Of a stretch of 64,000 nt of DNA, positions 50,688 through 64,000 are shown piece by piece (position 1 is the first letter of the stretch; every line of letters begins with the position of its first letter). Below the pieces are notes generated by a model. It searched no databases, was not told where the DNA came from, and saw nothing but the letters and a program-made list of their open reading frames with translations. This stretch comes from Sarea resinae. Its lineage: Eukaryota. Made by a program: the position numbers and the translations under genes. The stretch is from positions 124,001 through 188,000 of the forward strand of contig JAPEUD010000037.1 of the NCBI GenBank assembly GCA_026026165.1. Reading direction: 5' to 3'.

Positions 50688-52532
50688 ATGGCTTCCTCGG
50701 ACCCTCCCAGGACGCCGTCTCCGGTCCACATTGCCATTTCTCCGGCGCCCAGTAACCCAACCTCGCCGACAACCCCACCAGGCGATGGTGCTCGGACACG
50801 CCAGCGTGCCTCCTCGAATGCTTCCCGCCTCCGCGCGGCCTCGTTGAGGTTGCTAGAGGCTCCTTTTCCGAACATTTCTCGGGCGTCGTCGCCGGGCAGA
50901 GTCCCCGACGACGACGACGATAATGACGGCGAAGACGATGGCGGCCATACACGACCGCGGCGCAACTCGTCGGTCACGCGGCTGCGCAGTGCCTCGTTGA
51001 GATTGATGGAGGCTAACCCGCCCCGTGGAATGTGGTATGCAACGGGTGACACCCTCGCGAGAGCGCCATCCTTGCGAGATATTCGTGGAGGTGCCTACGA
51101 CGATGAAGGCTGGAACGAGCACGAGCAGCGAGAGAGGAGCAACACGGAGCAGCGGGAGAGGTCCGGTTCTGTACAGCGGGTGAGGAGTCACAGCGCACAG
51201 CGGCCGAGGAGTGATAGTGTGCAGCGGGTGAGGAGCGATAGTGTGACGCGAGAAAGGAGTACTACCGAACAGCGCGAGAGGAGTAAGACGGAGACGATGA
51301 GCCGGCCGGCTTCAAGAATACGGTTGTCGCGACGGATCTCGGCGAAAAATGCAGCAAACATGGCAGGCCTTCAGAGCGAGTCGACCGTACTGGACCCCCG
51401 ATTGTCCGAGGGAGACGAGCGGGAGCCCTTTCCCTCGATGGACGTTCGAGTATCGGAAGCCGATGAGGCGGAACGATTTCCCTACCTCACGCCCGAGGAG
51501 AGGACCGCCAAACGAAATTATACCTTGCCGTCAAGGACAGAGGCACTGGCTCCCGAAGGCGCCGACCAGTATCCCAAGTCCACCGAAGAGAAGACCTCTG
51601 TCAGCCAAGAGACGACCGATAAGCCCGAGCCACCACTCCCCCCAGGTGCTTACCCTAACGGTTACGTCTTCCCACCGAAACACACTTGGGCTCAGTCCTG
51701 CGCCATTGGCTGGAGGGCCTATTGGAAATTCTTCAAGACGCCTTTCGGGTTTCTCGTCACGGTGTACGGCTTGAACATTATCGCGTGGGGTGCTATGGTG
51801 TTCTTCGTCCTTTTGGAAGCTGCGCCTGCCATGTGCCATCCCAATTGCAATGACATCAACTCTCCCCGTCGAAAGTGGATCGAGTGGGACTCTCAAATTC
51901 TGACGGCATTGTTCTGCGTGACGGCTTACGGACTGGCCCCTTGGCGGTTCCGCGACCTGTATTACCTCATGCAGTACCGCCTCCAGAAAAGGCAGGATGC
52001 ATTACGCCGACTCGCCGGTATCTATCGAAGCTGGTTCCGCCTTCCCGATAGCGAGAGTCTTATTGGGAATGAAGCGTCTATAGGTGTCACTCCGGACCCA
52101 GAGAATGATCCCACCGTTCCTCTTCCGCCCTCCGCAGCCCCGAATCCTCCGCTTACCGGAATTCGTGCTCCTGCAACAGCTATTTGGAAGCTTGACTGGG
52201 TCATCTGGTCGAACGTCTGGAATACTCTATTCCAGGTGGTTCTATGCGGAGTCATGTGGGGCTTCAATCGGCACACTCGGCCAGCGTGGAGTGACGCGCT
52301 TTTCATGGCTTTGGGGTGTGTTGTCGGCGCCACTGGCGGCTTGATGGTCTTCTGGGAAGGCCGGAAGGTGAAGCGAGTCGAAGGAGTGCCATGGCGGCCT
52401 GAGGACTACGAAGCAGCTAGGGAAGCCGAGAGAGCCATGGAGCTGCAAAACAAAGAAGAGAACAGCGATGGCAGATGGCAAAACAGTCCGGTCAAAGAAA
52501 GGGACTCCACGAGCGGCGACGTTTTGAGATGA
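50688..52532 (+). CDS. DUF2985-like integral membrane protein
   Basis: 'TPFGFLVTVYGLNIIAWGAMVFF', 'WIEWDSQILTALFCVTAYGLAPWRFRD', 'WGFNRHTRPAW'; single long ORF. Confidence 0.75.
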   Translation: MASSDPPRTPSPVHIAISPAPSNPTSPTTPPGDGARTRQRASSNASRLRAASLRLLEAPFPNISRASSPGRVPDDDDDNDGEDDGGHTRPRRNSSVTRLRSASLRLMEANPPRGMWYATGDTLARAPSLRDIRGGAYDDEGWNEHEQRERSNTEQRERSGSVQRVRSHSAQRPRSDSVQRVRSDSVTRERSTTEQRERSKTETMSRPASRIRLSRRISAKNAANMAGLQSESTVLDPRLSEGDEREPFPSMDVRVSEADEAERFPYLTPEERTAKRNYTLPSRTEALAPEGADQYPKSTEEKTSVSQETTDKPEPPLPPGAYPNGYVFPPKHTWAQSCAIGWRAYWKFFKTPFGFLVTVYGLNIIAWGAMVFFVLLEAAPAMCHPNCNDINSPRRKWIEWDSQILTALFCVTAYGLAPWRFRDLYYLMQYRLQKRQDALRRLAGIYRSWFRLPDSESLIGNEASIGVTPDPENDPTVPLPPSAAPNPPLTGIRAPATAIWKLDWVIWSNVWNTLFQVVLCGVMWGFNRHTRPAWSDALFMALGCVVGATGGLMVFWEGRKVKRVEGVPWRPEDYEAAREAERAMELQNKEENSDGRWQNSPVKERDSTSGDVLR

Positions 52533-54155
52533 TGAGCGACGGCAGACAATGGAGCATCTTCTGAAAGATTGTATACATTGTCAGCACATCCATAAGCATC
52601 CTCGATCGACAGGAGTCTTGTTGGGACTTTGGCTTGGGCCTGCGGGCCTTTCTGAAAGCATATTGCGAGCGGAATCCAGCGATCATAGAGACTTCAGCTG
52701 CTCTAGCTGAAGTCCTTCGACGGCAACCCAGCTACAGCAATTGGGAATGGATGCAAATGGGTATCGGTGGTCCGGCACGGGAAATCGCATAGTGGAGCAC
52801 TTTATGAGGATACGTCCAGGTGCTATTAGCGCGTGTCTGTTTTTCCTTTCTGCATTCTATTTGGTTTGATTCAGTCGGTTCCGTTCGTTTTAGCCAGCCC
52901 GTCATGATACCTGCACCACTACTCTAAGATGATACTTGTACTATTCCATACACTCTCCATTGTCGTTCGCTCAGCATATTTGAAAGAGAGAAATTCCCCA
53001 GCCCAACGTCTGAACTTGGAAGATTGATGTTTACTACCTTTTCCGATAATGATATCCCTGATCCCTCGATGATCTCTCGACATTTGATGATGACTGGATG
53101 TGCACCGCTGGCGTCTTGAAGCGATGACAGCGAGTCAAGAGATGACAAGATTCATGAAAGTTGGAACCTTGGACCTGGGCAGGTACTGTATGTAGTAGGC
53201 TTGTTGATATAGCGAATCTTGTTTGCGTGTCCGGGTGTCTATGGTAGGTACCTCGCCTCACCGCTGTCTGCGCTTCGTCATGCCCCGCTCGGTACCCTAT
53301 CGGAGTACCTGTACTTGGTATCCGTTGAGAATGATACGTCAGTCGCCGCTATGGATGGCTCTATCGAGTAGCAGTACTTTGGCTCTATCACTCCGTACCT
53401 CGCCATCTATCTACTCGGGAGTACCTGTGGATGGATGCATCTCACCTCACTTCTGGTGTCTGCTGTGAATTCCCTTCTTCCGTCTGCCCCTCTTCTCCAG
53501 CCACTGGTGCTGAGGTACTCTTCTCCTCTCAGGCTTCCTGTTGACGAGCTCTTCTTCAGAACCTCCTCGACCACCTTCTACGGAGTACGCCGCTGCTCTA
53601 CCCTCAAGCCAAGGAGCAGCCGAGCACCAGCTGAGACAGGTGAGGTAACCTGTTCGCCGATCAAAGCTGTCCTGCGTATCTCCCTGCCGTGAATCATAAT
53701 CACCTGCACAAGACGTCCATCGTCTATCTTGCTTCACTCTGTTCCCGCACCTTCGCTCCTGGCCCGATACCGTCCAGTCTGCTCAAGCCCTGAAGGTACT
53801 TCGTATATCACGCTTGAGGCACCAGACCGGGCCCGAACTACCCGTGTGACCTGGTCAAGAAGCAAAACGACCGTCAGGCACCTTTATTCTATTTGCGTCC
53901 TAGCAATCAAGGCCACCAGGCATTCGTCGCCCTATCAGCAAGGCTGTCCCGCCATTATCGGCATATATCAACTCTGTGGAGCCCTCCGGCTCCGTCTAGT
54001 CTATCTTCACTACCTAGTCCCCTTGCCATCTTTTGAGCTTCATCATCGCTACTGAATAGGTAGCCAACCTGCCAGCAGCTGTTGCAACATCACACATTCC
54101 ATCTGCCGTGCACGGTTCGTCAGTCTCACCCCGGCCATCAAAACACCTCGACAGG

Positions 54156-54544
54156 ATGGGTCTTGCATACAACGTCTATCTCAACTCGAACCGTATCTAC
54201 GGCTGCAAGAACTGCAAAACCCACTTATCGAATCACGATGATATCATAAGCCGGGTGAGTAACTCCTCCAATGTATCCTCCAACATCAGAGCTGACACCA
54301 AGGCACGCAGAACTTTCGAGGTCAACATGGCAAGGCCTATCTCTTCAACTCAGTGGTCAACATCACCCAAGCGGAAGCCATGGAACGCAATATGACAACC
54401 GGCAGACACATCGTCCGAGATATAAATTGCAGACAGTGCCAAGAGACGGTGGGCTGGAAGTACGACAAGGCTTACGAGAGCTCCGAGAAGTACAAGGAGG
54501 GCAAATATATCTTGGAGGCGGAGCTGCTATGTGCCGTGTCCTGA
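54156..54544 (+). CDS. MOH1: Yippee-family zinc-binding protein; exons 54156-54254, 54311-54544 (110 aa)
   Basis: 'YGCKNCKTHL', 'NFRGQHGKAYLF', 'MTTGRHIVRDINCRQCQETVGWKYDKAYESSEKYKEGKYILE'. Confidence 0.9.
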
Positions 54545-56851
54545 TCGAAAGTACATTGCAGGAGCTTATGACGGCTCGCTCAACCAACAAGGGCATGGTG
54601 TTATTGGGAAGGATCACGATGGAGATATATGGGAGGGATGTTTACGTCTGCATCACTAAGCGGAGTGCGGTTGCATGTGGAGTTCTTGTGTCGTTGGTTT
54701 TTGACAAGCGATGTGTCTGGAGCATGAGGCGTTTTGCTTGCCCTGGTTGTCACAGTGGTCACCATTTCAGGGATATCTCTCGGAGCTGCCTCGCTCGGAT
54801 CACCTGAGCACTTTCCTCAACACTTGGCTTGCAGCACAGGAGCACCCTTAGGGAATCTTTCTTTGCTTATTGAATTCAAGACTGGCATCAAAGAAAGTCC
54901 TCTGATATTGTCCATTCCGCTCTAAGGTATCTCGGGATTGACTGTTGCGAGCCCTGTGCGAGCCCAAAGTTTACTCTGTGAAGTCTGATTCTGATAGAAT
55001 GTTTCGGCTCCCAGGCTGGAAAATCGGTGTTGAGTCGCCACGAGTAATGCGTACGCTCGTGTTTCTGGTGTTTCAGGCACGTGCCCACACTGAGCAACGT
55101 CTTCATAAAGTCCTGAAGTCAGTAGGATCCCCCATTCGGCCGCTCCACTTGCTTGGCTAGACTTGGTCCTCAGAAGCGCTTATCTCATTCTATTTCTCCT
55201 TCTTTCGCTGTACCAGTTGAGAGCCGAGTGGTTTACCTGGTCGGTGACTGCCGCCTCAAGCATCTCACCAGAGGTTCGAAGCAGGCTCCTCACAACCGGC
55301 CGCACATAGATTCAGGATGACACGAAAGTCTGAAAGCTGAATGTGAAGGATGGACGGCCTGGAGCTGCGACTAGACGACATAGGTCGCTACTGCGCAGTA
55401 GGTTGGCTCGGCGTAACATTCTGGCGAGGTGATGAGATTCGCGAGATAAGATAAGCTATTCTTTGTTTGCCCTAAATCTCTGCCTGTTCCACTAGAGGAC
55501 CCTTGGACTACCTTCAACCTAGCCATCTCTACAGTATCTCTATTCGGCGCGCTGCTGTGATCGCAAGGCATGGCCGTATAGATGGGTCTCTGAGGGAATT
55601 GGGACAATGGATTGACCTGGAGAGCATGGAAGATGAACTTGGAAGTATTTGAAGGCCCGTTTCACCTCAGGGGGTGAGCCTGGTCTCAGCTGTTTACTCT
55701 ACCTACTCCTAGAGAGTGCTTAGATGTTAGATGCATCAATGCTGTGATGTGCAAGATGAAAGCAGTCAAGGGATTGGCACTTGAGCACTGGTTGAATAGT
55801 CTCATGTTGTCTATATATGACGCTCCTGGTGAAAAAATCAATGCAACGGTCAGATAAATGATGCGTAGAGCCTTATTACTTTGATAAGCTCTCCAATCCC
55901 ACCTGGTGTCCGTAACTGGAATCTGGCTTAGAGCCTGTTCAAGGTATACGCACTCATTGCTCATTCGACCTTGGTCAGGATGAACACAGTGCATAGATAG
56001 ATAGGCAATTGAAACTTCCTCAAGTGTCGTAATCAGATCGCAACACCATGGCACGGTTTCTCGAGAGTAGAGCATTGGCGAGAACGAGCAGCCAGCCGCC
56101 TGACTGCAGCTGCTTTAGCTTCATAGTCCGAGACCTGGATTGTTTACCCTCGTAGCATGTTAGCAGATGAGGCCATCATTTGTGGTTATTCTCCGTAACA
56201 GCGAAAAAGAATCCGAATCTATTATCTTGGCGATTGCAGCTGCAGAATCAACCAGATTTGCCCGTTTCGTTTGTCGTTTGCCGTCAATCTCGTCTCGCTT
56301 CCTTTGTGCAACGTAGAAGTTCAAAGGTGGCCGTACCGCGAACTTGAAAGTCTGTCTGCGGGGACTCTCGTCTTTCTCTCTTCTCTTCCACCCTCTCTTC
56401 TTTCTCTCTCTTTACCGAATTCACCTCCATCGCTCATCACCATCACCTCTGCCACCAGCACCACCACTTCCTTCCACCATCCACCCCACCCACTTCCTTA
56501 CTTCCTCACCTTCCTCCTCTTCGCCATCAACTCATCTCCCTACCTACCCGAGATCGACACATCTCTCCATCTCGCACCATCCCCGCTGCCGACACCTCGC
56601 GTTCCAGATATCACCACTTCGTCGTATGTTGACGCGGACATGCCCCCATCTACGCCTACAACTTTGTGGAATGCTGATCCATCTCTATAGTCAAACATCC
56701 CCGATCGTTCTCATCCGGACCTCTGTCTGCAAGACCTCTTTGTGGATCCATCCCGTCTGATCAACTACGAACCCAAGATCAGTCTTCTGTGCATCTACCA
56801 TCTAATCTTCACCACCAACCACTTTACACCTACTAAACCTCATCACCAACC

Positions 56852-58126
56852 ATGTCTGCCGAGGATACCCGCGAAGCTACTGGCCTCTCTAATGAAGACC
56901 CTTCGTTCAGTGATTCGTTCAATCGAATGAACATTGAAGGCGGGGCTGACGAAGAGCGTCTTGGTCCCGATGGCGCGCCTGCCCCGAGGACTGAGGAGGA
57001 GTATGCGCAGGCCCCGTTGACCCTTCGTGCCATCGTATCTTCCAAGGAAGCGGGCGTCATCATCGGCAAGGGAGGCAAGAACGTGGCCGACCTTCGCGAT
57101 GAAACTGGAGTGAAAGCTGGAGTCAGCAAGGTGGTGCCCGGTGTTCATGACCGTGTCCTTACTGTCACTGGCGCATTAGAGGGCATGGCCAAGGCGTACG
57201 CCATCGTCGCCAAGGGCCTCTTGGAGGGAGCTCCTCAAATGGGCATGGGTGGCGTGATTTCCACGAACGGCACACACCGTGAGTCTCCAATTTCCTTCGT
57301 CTACGGTATCTTTGCTACCAAAAGCGCGAATCGAGGCATTGGTTCTGTAATCCACTGTCATTTGCGCGTTCAAGTTCACGCGTTTATGCAGTCGTCGGGC
57401 TTCTGCTAATACGATGTCTGGCCTCCAGCTATCCGACTCCTCATCTCCCACAACCAAATGGGAACCATCATTGGCCGTCAAGGGCTAAAAATCAAGCACA
57501 TCCAAGACGTCTCTGGGGTGCGCATGGTGGCTCAGAAGGAGATGCTTCCTCAATCCACTGAACGCATCGTGGAGGTCCAAGGGACTCCAGATGGCATTCA
57601 AAAGGCTGTTTGGGAGATTGGAAAGTGCCTCGTCGATGACTGGCAAAGAGGTACGGGTACTGTTCTCTACAATCCAGCTGTGAGAGCTCAGGTCGCCGGT
57701 GGTCCATTGGCCAATGGCATTGGTGGCCCTGGTTTCAGCACTGGCGCGCCGCGTTCCTACAACCGCACCGGCAACGGCGCCGACTTCAGCGACAACCCCG
57801 TTGGCTCTTTCAATCGCCGCTCCAACTCGGACGCTGGCTCTAGGGCCCCCACCACCACTGAAGAGGGCGAAGAGATCCAGACTCAGAACATCAGCATTCC
57901 GTCTGACATGGTTGGATGCATCATCGGCCGGGGTGGAAGCAAGATCAGTGAGATCCGAAAGAACTCCGGAGCTCGTATCTCAATTGCCAAGGCCGCCCAT
58001 GATGATACCGGCGAGCGCATGTTTACCATCATGGGAAGTGCGAGCAGCAACGAGAAGGCTCTGTACCTCCTGTATGAAAACCTTGAAGCTGAGAAGATGC
58101 GTCGAAGCCAGATCCCGCAAGAGTAA
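56852..58126 (+). CDS. Triple KH-domain RNA-binding protein (Rnc1/Hek2/Pbp2-like); exons 56852-57278, 57429-58126
   Basis: Three KH GxxG loops: 'GVIIGKGGKNV', 'GTIIGRQGLKI', 'GCIIGRGGSKI'; spliced length 1125 nt, in frame. Confidence 0.93.
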
Positions 58127-59218
58127 ACGCGCGGGCTCAGGATTCACCGCCAGGGTATCATTATCTGCGCCAAATCCTCACCTGCCTGACTCTTCACCTG
58201 CCCAGAGCTATTACCATGCGATAGCTGTGAAGAGCTTGGGCTCTCTCGTTCTGTGGTCTCTTTTTCTCTTTTCACGGTCATCCTCTTGCTCTCGCGCAAG
58301 CGATATCACTGCTTCTCAGCCAACAAGGTTGGGTCAGAGACCTTCCCCTCTGTTCAGCGGCTTTCGGCTTCTTATGACTTGACGATCCTTGTTCCCCCGC
58401 CGATCCCTCTCACACCCTTCTGCTGCACATCCTTAAAACACGCGTCACCGCGTTCTCCCAGTCTCTGGGCAGACGCAATGCAGCAGAGGGCGCAGATTTC
58501 ACAACGTCCGAACCGTCTCCTGTCTCACCTCTGTTCCTGTATCACCCTCGGGTGTCTGCAATCTCCTTGATCTCCTTCCTTAGCAGACGCCCTGTCTCTC
58601 ACACTCTTTCTCTCCCCATGTATCACTTTGACCACATCCTCTTGTCTGCTCGTCTAATCACATGCTTCTCGCTCCTCCTTCCTGAGCTCAATGGCAAACC
58701 CGCTTTCCTTCATACCTCTTTCATCCCCCATCCCCGTCCGGTCCCCCAATGAGTTATTTACGGATACTGTGATGTCTTCACTTGGGGCACTAGATGGGAT
58801 CAAATTTCAAAAGTCAAATTGCCTACCTATGCTCGGTCTCGTGATATCAGTTGTACCCTCGATACGGAATTTACCTGCACGGTAGACGACTAATGTGATC
58901 CTTTGGATCAGAGCAACCCTGCCGAGAACAGCTCACACATGAGGTTTTCTCCCACGCTTACTGCAGATGTCCAGACCCTCACCAGTGGAGAAACGTCAAA
59001 GCCATAACTCTGTCATGTACTGATTAACGTGATCCCTAATGTGTTTGATGAGTTACTAGCGATTTGAGAGAACAGCCAAAAAAAAAACCCAAGCTGAGTC
59101 AATTTGCCCCGCTACATGCTCTACATGCGCATTCCTTCTCTAATCAATTGGAGCCCCCCTTTCGCTTCAGCCATGCATGCTCCGCAACAACAATACTGGC
59201 CCCTGGATGGCAGCTAGC

Positions 59219-60460
59219 CTAGGCGGTATCATCGGGATGGAAGACCAACGTCCTGACCTCGATGCTCTCCCTCGGCGCATCATTCACATGCTCCGGGTTC
59301 TCAAACGCGCTATGGGCGACGCGCCTCGCGCGGCCATCGAGCTTGCTATCGAAGCACTTAATCAGCAGCACCTCGTCGGGCCGCTGGCCATACAGATAAT
59401 GCCAGCGATGGGCGTCGTTGGCCTTGACGGTGTAGGTCTCGCCCTCGCGGTCCGGGTAGATCAGCTTGAGCGGCACCAGGTCGGCGTCGGCGACGCTGTT
59501 GGCGTCGGCCACGCCCAGCGGGTCCTTGTAGATGGCCTTGATCGGCCGCCACACGTTGATGATCTGGAACCGGCCGCGCAGCAGCTCGGCCGCTTCGTCG
59601 GGCAGGTGGTGGCGCACGCGCGCGGGCGCCGCCGCGTATGATTGGTCGATGTGCACGCGCTGCACGGGGCCGCGCAACGCGGCGGCGTGCTGCGCTTCCT
59701 CGGGCGTTTGCGGCGAGCTGTTTGCTGCTGGCCGCCGGATCGTGTGGTCGAAGATGAAGACTTTGCTGGCGCCCGTGCTGTTGGGGGTGGGGGGAAGCCG
59801 TTTGTTAGCTTGTTGTTCTTCTTTTTTTTTTCCTATTCGTTGGAGTCTTCTCTGCTGATCGGACGAATGAAGGGAGGGTGAAAGGGAGGGAGGGGTGCAT
59901 ATGAAAGGCGGACGGCCAGAAGTGTAAGAGCTGGTAGAGGGGGCACTGGGCGAGACGGGATAGGATGGGATGTGACAGGACACGACGGGATGGGATGGGA
60001 TGGGATGGGATATGAGGAGACAGAAACACACTCACGTCTCCTTCAAGATCTGCTCGACCTCGGGATAATAAATCTCCTTGATCTCATCGTCGTCGACGAA
60101 ATCCTTCTCGCGGCTCTCGTGGCCGACGACCTGGAAGCCGGTCCGGTCGAGCGTGTAGGCGTGCTCGGAGCCGCGGATGTCGTGCACGGGCAGCGTGCGC
60201 GGCTCGATGGGCTTGTCCGTGAACGAGCTGAGCTGGCCCGCGTAGTTGGGCGAAGGCAGCGTGCCGTCGCCCGGGTCCCGGTAGTAGTTGAATACCGCGG
60301 ACACGTCGTGAGGTTTGGTGTCTGCTTTTTTGGCTGGCGGCGCGTGCGTGGTCGTGGTGTTGGTGTTGGTGTTGGTGTTATTGGTCTTTTTGGACGACGA
60401 GGATGGGGACGAGAGTTCGTGCGGGGCGGTCGTGGACGGCGGGAGTGCGATTGAGGCCAT
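59219..60460 (-). CDS. CmcJ/AsaB/GA4-desaturase-like oxygenase; exons 60460-60036, 59777-59219
   Basis: 'YTLDRTGFQ', 'VHIDQS', 'RFQIINVWRPI', 'EVLLIKCFDS', 'VAHSAF', 'RESIEVR'. Confidence 0.82.
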
Positions 60461-61019
60461 TTTCGTCTTTTTTCTTAATACGTGTGCTGCAATCGAGGAT
60501 GCCGAGGATGAGTCTGTATATGGTCGACTATGATGCAGTATATAATCTTTACTGCTATCCCAGAACTAGCAAGTCTTTCTTCTTCCGAGAAAAGCGTTCT
60601 CTGTATACCACTCTCTGATATTTTTTTCTTCTCTTTTCACGGAGTTGGTTGAGTGGTTGGTTGATTGGTAGGTTGATAGATCAGTCTAATGATGAAGCAA
60701 GATCCAATGTTGACAAAGATGCCATCATCCTGCTTTATATACACCACCATCCCCCCCCTCCCCCCCTCCTCGACGAAGAGCAGACAGACTACGCAATCCT
60801 CAACATGGTAAGCAATGCCGACATCCCATCCATCCAAATCATCCATTCAGGAATCAGATCAGATCCGATCAGTCATCAGTCATCAATCATCATGCCAGTA
60901 TGCCGCCGCCGACCCGCCGCCACGCCGACAGTTGATCGATGTAGGTTTGTAAGACACCCGTTCCTTACTGCGAGGTTACAAAGCATCCAATCTTCATACC
61001 TTACAGAGCAGGTGCGCAG

Positions 61020-61312
61020 TAGGCAGGTAGGTAGGTAGGTAGGTAGGTAGGCAGGTAGGTGGACGTCAGTAAGGTAAGCAAGTAGATACCTTGGATATGA
61101 GGCAAGACACCAAGCTGCACGATTTCCTACTCCACACATCACGTCTTCGGGCCCCAGCATCGCGTGCGCCGACCAGCGCGGCCCTGATTACGATCGTGGA
61201 CATCAAACGGTCCGCCCCCCCTCTACCTCCACCTCCCCCCGGAAGTATCACAGAGTCAATCGGACCTGAGCTGACCTATCCTAATCGGACCTAACCTAAC
61301 CTAACCTAACCT
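61020..61312. repeat. Simple repeats (AGGT)n at ~61020-61060 and (CCTAA)n at ~61290-61312
   Basis: Read directly. Confidence 0.8.
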
Positions 61313-62028
61313 GACATACCTAAACGCCCATCCATACCCCCATCCGTACCCCCCTGATCCATCCATCTCATCCCTCCATAGAGTACCCATCAGGCAAAAG
61401 CGCCCTCACCCACTGATGAACGATAAAACATGGATCCATGGAGATGAACTGCGGGGCATCTAAGCGGTAGGGTACGTCCATGCCGATCATTAGAAATCCG
61501 AGAAGAGTAATCAATCCAATGTGGGATGGGAATGGCTCTGAGGCTCCCTTGTCGGGATGGCATGGAGGGGATGGAGGGATGAGTTGCGTGGATGGGATGG
61601 AGGGATGGAGGGGAGGGGAATTGATCATGCAATCTTCGCATGCCATTGGCTAGGCAGGTAGAGGGAGGATCTTGGACCTGGGACGGGGGCTTTCACCATC
61701 ATCATTGCCATCATCATCACCATCACCGTCACCATCACCGTCCATCATCCAGCATTCATTCATTAAGCCTCTGATCACGATTCACCCCCCGAATCTCTCA
61801 AACCGACCGGTCTTTCTATCATCAACCATCGCTCATCTCTCATCCATTTCATCTCATGGCATCTCAGCAAACGTAGGTAGATAGAACAAGGTGCCCTCTG
61901 TTCGACCTGATCACCAAGAACAACAACACGACTGGTTCCTCTCAATCGCCAGAGTTGACGTGATCGCAGGTGCACGGTGGATGGATATGAACTACGACAG
62001 GGGTCCGTATGCATGGCGGGGAATTAAT

Positions 62029-62074
<46 letters not shown>
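62029..62074. repeat. (GCGGGC)n hexamer microsatellite
   Basis: ~7.5 units read directly. Confidence 0.9.
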
Positions 62075-62075
<1 letters not shown>

Positions 62076-62421
62076 GAGAAGAGAGGCCGTCCGGGATGGC
62101 AGGCGGCCGATGGGCTTGACTAGATTTGGCACGATCGGGATCAAGTAGGTCCGGTTGTGTTTGGGTTGATTACGGATCTGGCTTCTCCTTCGGACACGCC
62201 GAGTAATCGGACAACCCATCTGCCCTCGACTTTGCTGAAGATGCAGTGGCTCGCGGGATGAGAGACAGACAGACAGACCAAAGAGAAAGGATACAGCTGG
62301 TTGTTCCAAAATGCAGCACTGACGCACGCTACATCAAGAATGCAATGCATGGAGGATATTCGCTACAACAAGCTATAGCACGCACAGCTTTCTCGGCTCT
62401 GAAACACAAGCAAAGGAGTGA

Positions 62422-64000
62422 TCAAGCATCATCTCTCTTGCCCCTTATTGTCCCAAGCTTGAACTCCTCGTTCATCAACGCTTCCCCTTTCTTTTCCCCT
62501 TTCTTCCCCCCTCCAGGGCTGCCTGAATGCTCCTCGGGCCCGGCGTCCCCAAAAAGGAAGCCAACCTTGCCAGCCGTGCCGTCCTTTTTCCGAGCCTCGA
62601 CGGGAAAAGGTGAAGAACTGACAAATTCGGATCGGCGTTGGTCTTCTCCAAGCATCCAAGAAAACGAAGACTGTGCAAGTGACGGCCGTGACTGATGGAA
62701 TGGATGCGGTCCAAAACTCTCTCCTACCGTAGGTTTCTCGGGTTGGACCAACGGAATCGGAATGTCAGAATCAGGAGACTCATTTTGCGACGGACTCCGA
62801 GTTTGCAAGGGTGCGGCTGGCTCAGATGATATCGGATGTTGTCCAGGGTTTGAAGACGACTTCTGCGGAGTGTTGGCGGACTCATTCGCGGTCACAGCCG
62901 GCTCTAGGGGTGACGAGGGCTGCTCCTCGGGCTCGGAAACAGTGTTCGACGAAACTGACGTCTCGTTTTGTGTAAGACCTTCCGTCGTGAGGAGAGGTAT
63001 CGTAGGATCTTCTAAATAGACCTGCACGAATTGAACCTTGGCAACGGCTAGGCTGAGAGCCTCTGCAGCTGCTTTCTCTACAGATTCGCCTTCGCTAATC
63101 TCCTTCTGATGTTCCCAAAGTCCCTCTAGTGACTCTTCTAGCATCTTGGCCAAATTCTTGTTCCTTGCCTGAAGAGCGTTGAGTCTCTCTGAAAGCCGCG
63201 AGGGCTCCGAAGAGCCAATACCCTGTTTGTCTGAGCTTGTCCTCGGGGAACGAAGGCCCGACGGCGCAACTTGTAAGTTTCGCTTCATATCTCCGACTAC
63301 TCCCCGCACAGCCTGATTGATACCCCATTTCTCGCCTCGACTGAAAATTTCTTTTGCAGCATCATGTAAGACTGCGTCGAGGCCAGCCTGTTGAGGAAGA
63401 TGATTTCGAGCTGAGCCCAAGGGTGACCGAAACCGAGGAGCTTGTTGCCTCGGTGGTGATGCGGGTGCATTAGTAACCGCACGATTGGCACCTCTGCTAC
63501 TTGGAATCTTTGCACCCTTCTTTTGTCGTGCTGGACTGCCTTGAGGATATCCGGATATTACCTGAGCGGCTCCGTCGGAAAGGGGATTATCTCGCAGGTG
63601 TAGAGCATCGCGGACTAGACTCTGTGGCCCATTGGGTGCTAGAAGAGGGGGATATCTGAGCAGCAAGGTGAAAGCCGTTGTGTAGTCCGCTGCGATCACT
63701 ATAGAATATATTTGATTCAGAGTCAGACTCGTAGGATCGGCTAAACCACTTACGTTGTTCTCGGATCCGCAGCAACATCGCTACGCATATAAGATCAACT
63801 AGGTCCAGCCCAGGGTCTTCCGAGAAGAGAACGTCCCACAGGGCGAGGAGTTCGTCGAAGGGGAATTCTCGACCGAAAAGCAATCGCACCCAGCGACTGG
63901 AACACGGTCAGGTTTGTCCGCAATCTGCTGCCCAATATGAAGGAAGGCTGACATTACAAATACCTGTGGTAACACGCCAATCTCCGTCAATCTGTGCGCT
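62422..64000 (-). CDS. TBC-domain Rab GTPase-activating protein (TBC1D5/Gyp6-like), 3' part; 5' end beyond window
   Basis: 'IGVLPQVF', 'RWVRLLFGREF', 'LWDVLF', 'ICVAMLLRIR', 'LLLRYP' across GT-AG introns. Confidence 0.85.

Noticed and set aside
61290..61312. (CCTAA)n as an interstitial telomere
   Set aside because: Only ~4 pentamer units, not the usual CCCTAA hexamer, in a region rich in assorted microsatellites.

Overview
Gene-dense, intron-containing nuclear DNA of a filamentous ascomycete (Pezizomycotina-type genes, GT-AG introns with CTAAC/CTGAC branch points). Core genes: Sec39-like, glutaminase GtaA, CoA-transferase III + Zn2Cys6 TF + intradiol dioxygenase, NDUFS5-like, EF-1alpha, AAA+ ATPase, Clu1, Sen15, DUF2985-like, Yippee, a KH protein, a CmcJ/AsaB-like oxygenase and the 3' part of a TBC Rab-GAP. 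Two things stand out. (1) A tRNA-Glu(TTC) gene at 8276-8407(-) carries a normal 10-nt anticodon-loop intron plus a 50-nt GT...ACTAAC...CAG spliceosomal-type intron inside the anticodon stem. (2) An ~11-kb accessory island directly downstream of tef1 holds one intact GIY-YIG-type nuclease gene, several broken paralogues and a zinc-knuckle ORF, while the last 28 codons of tef1 switch abruptly to codons absent from the preceding ~340 codons of the exon. This suggests a nuclear homing-type element targeting tef1. Product calls rest on motif recognition by eye; no database searches were run.
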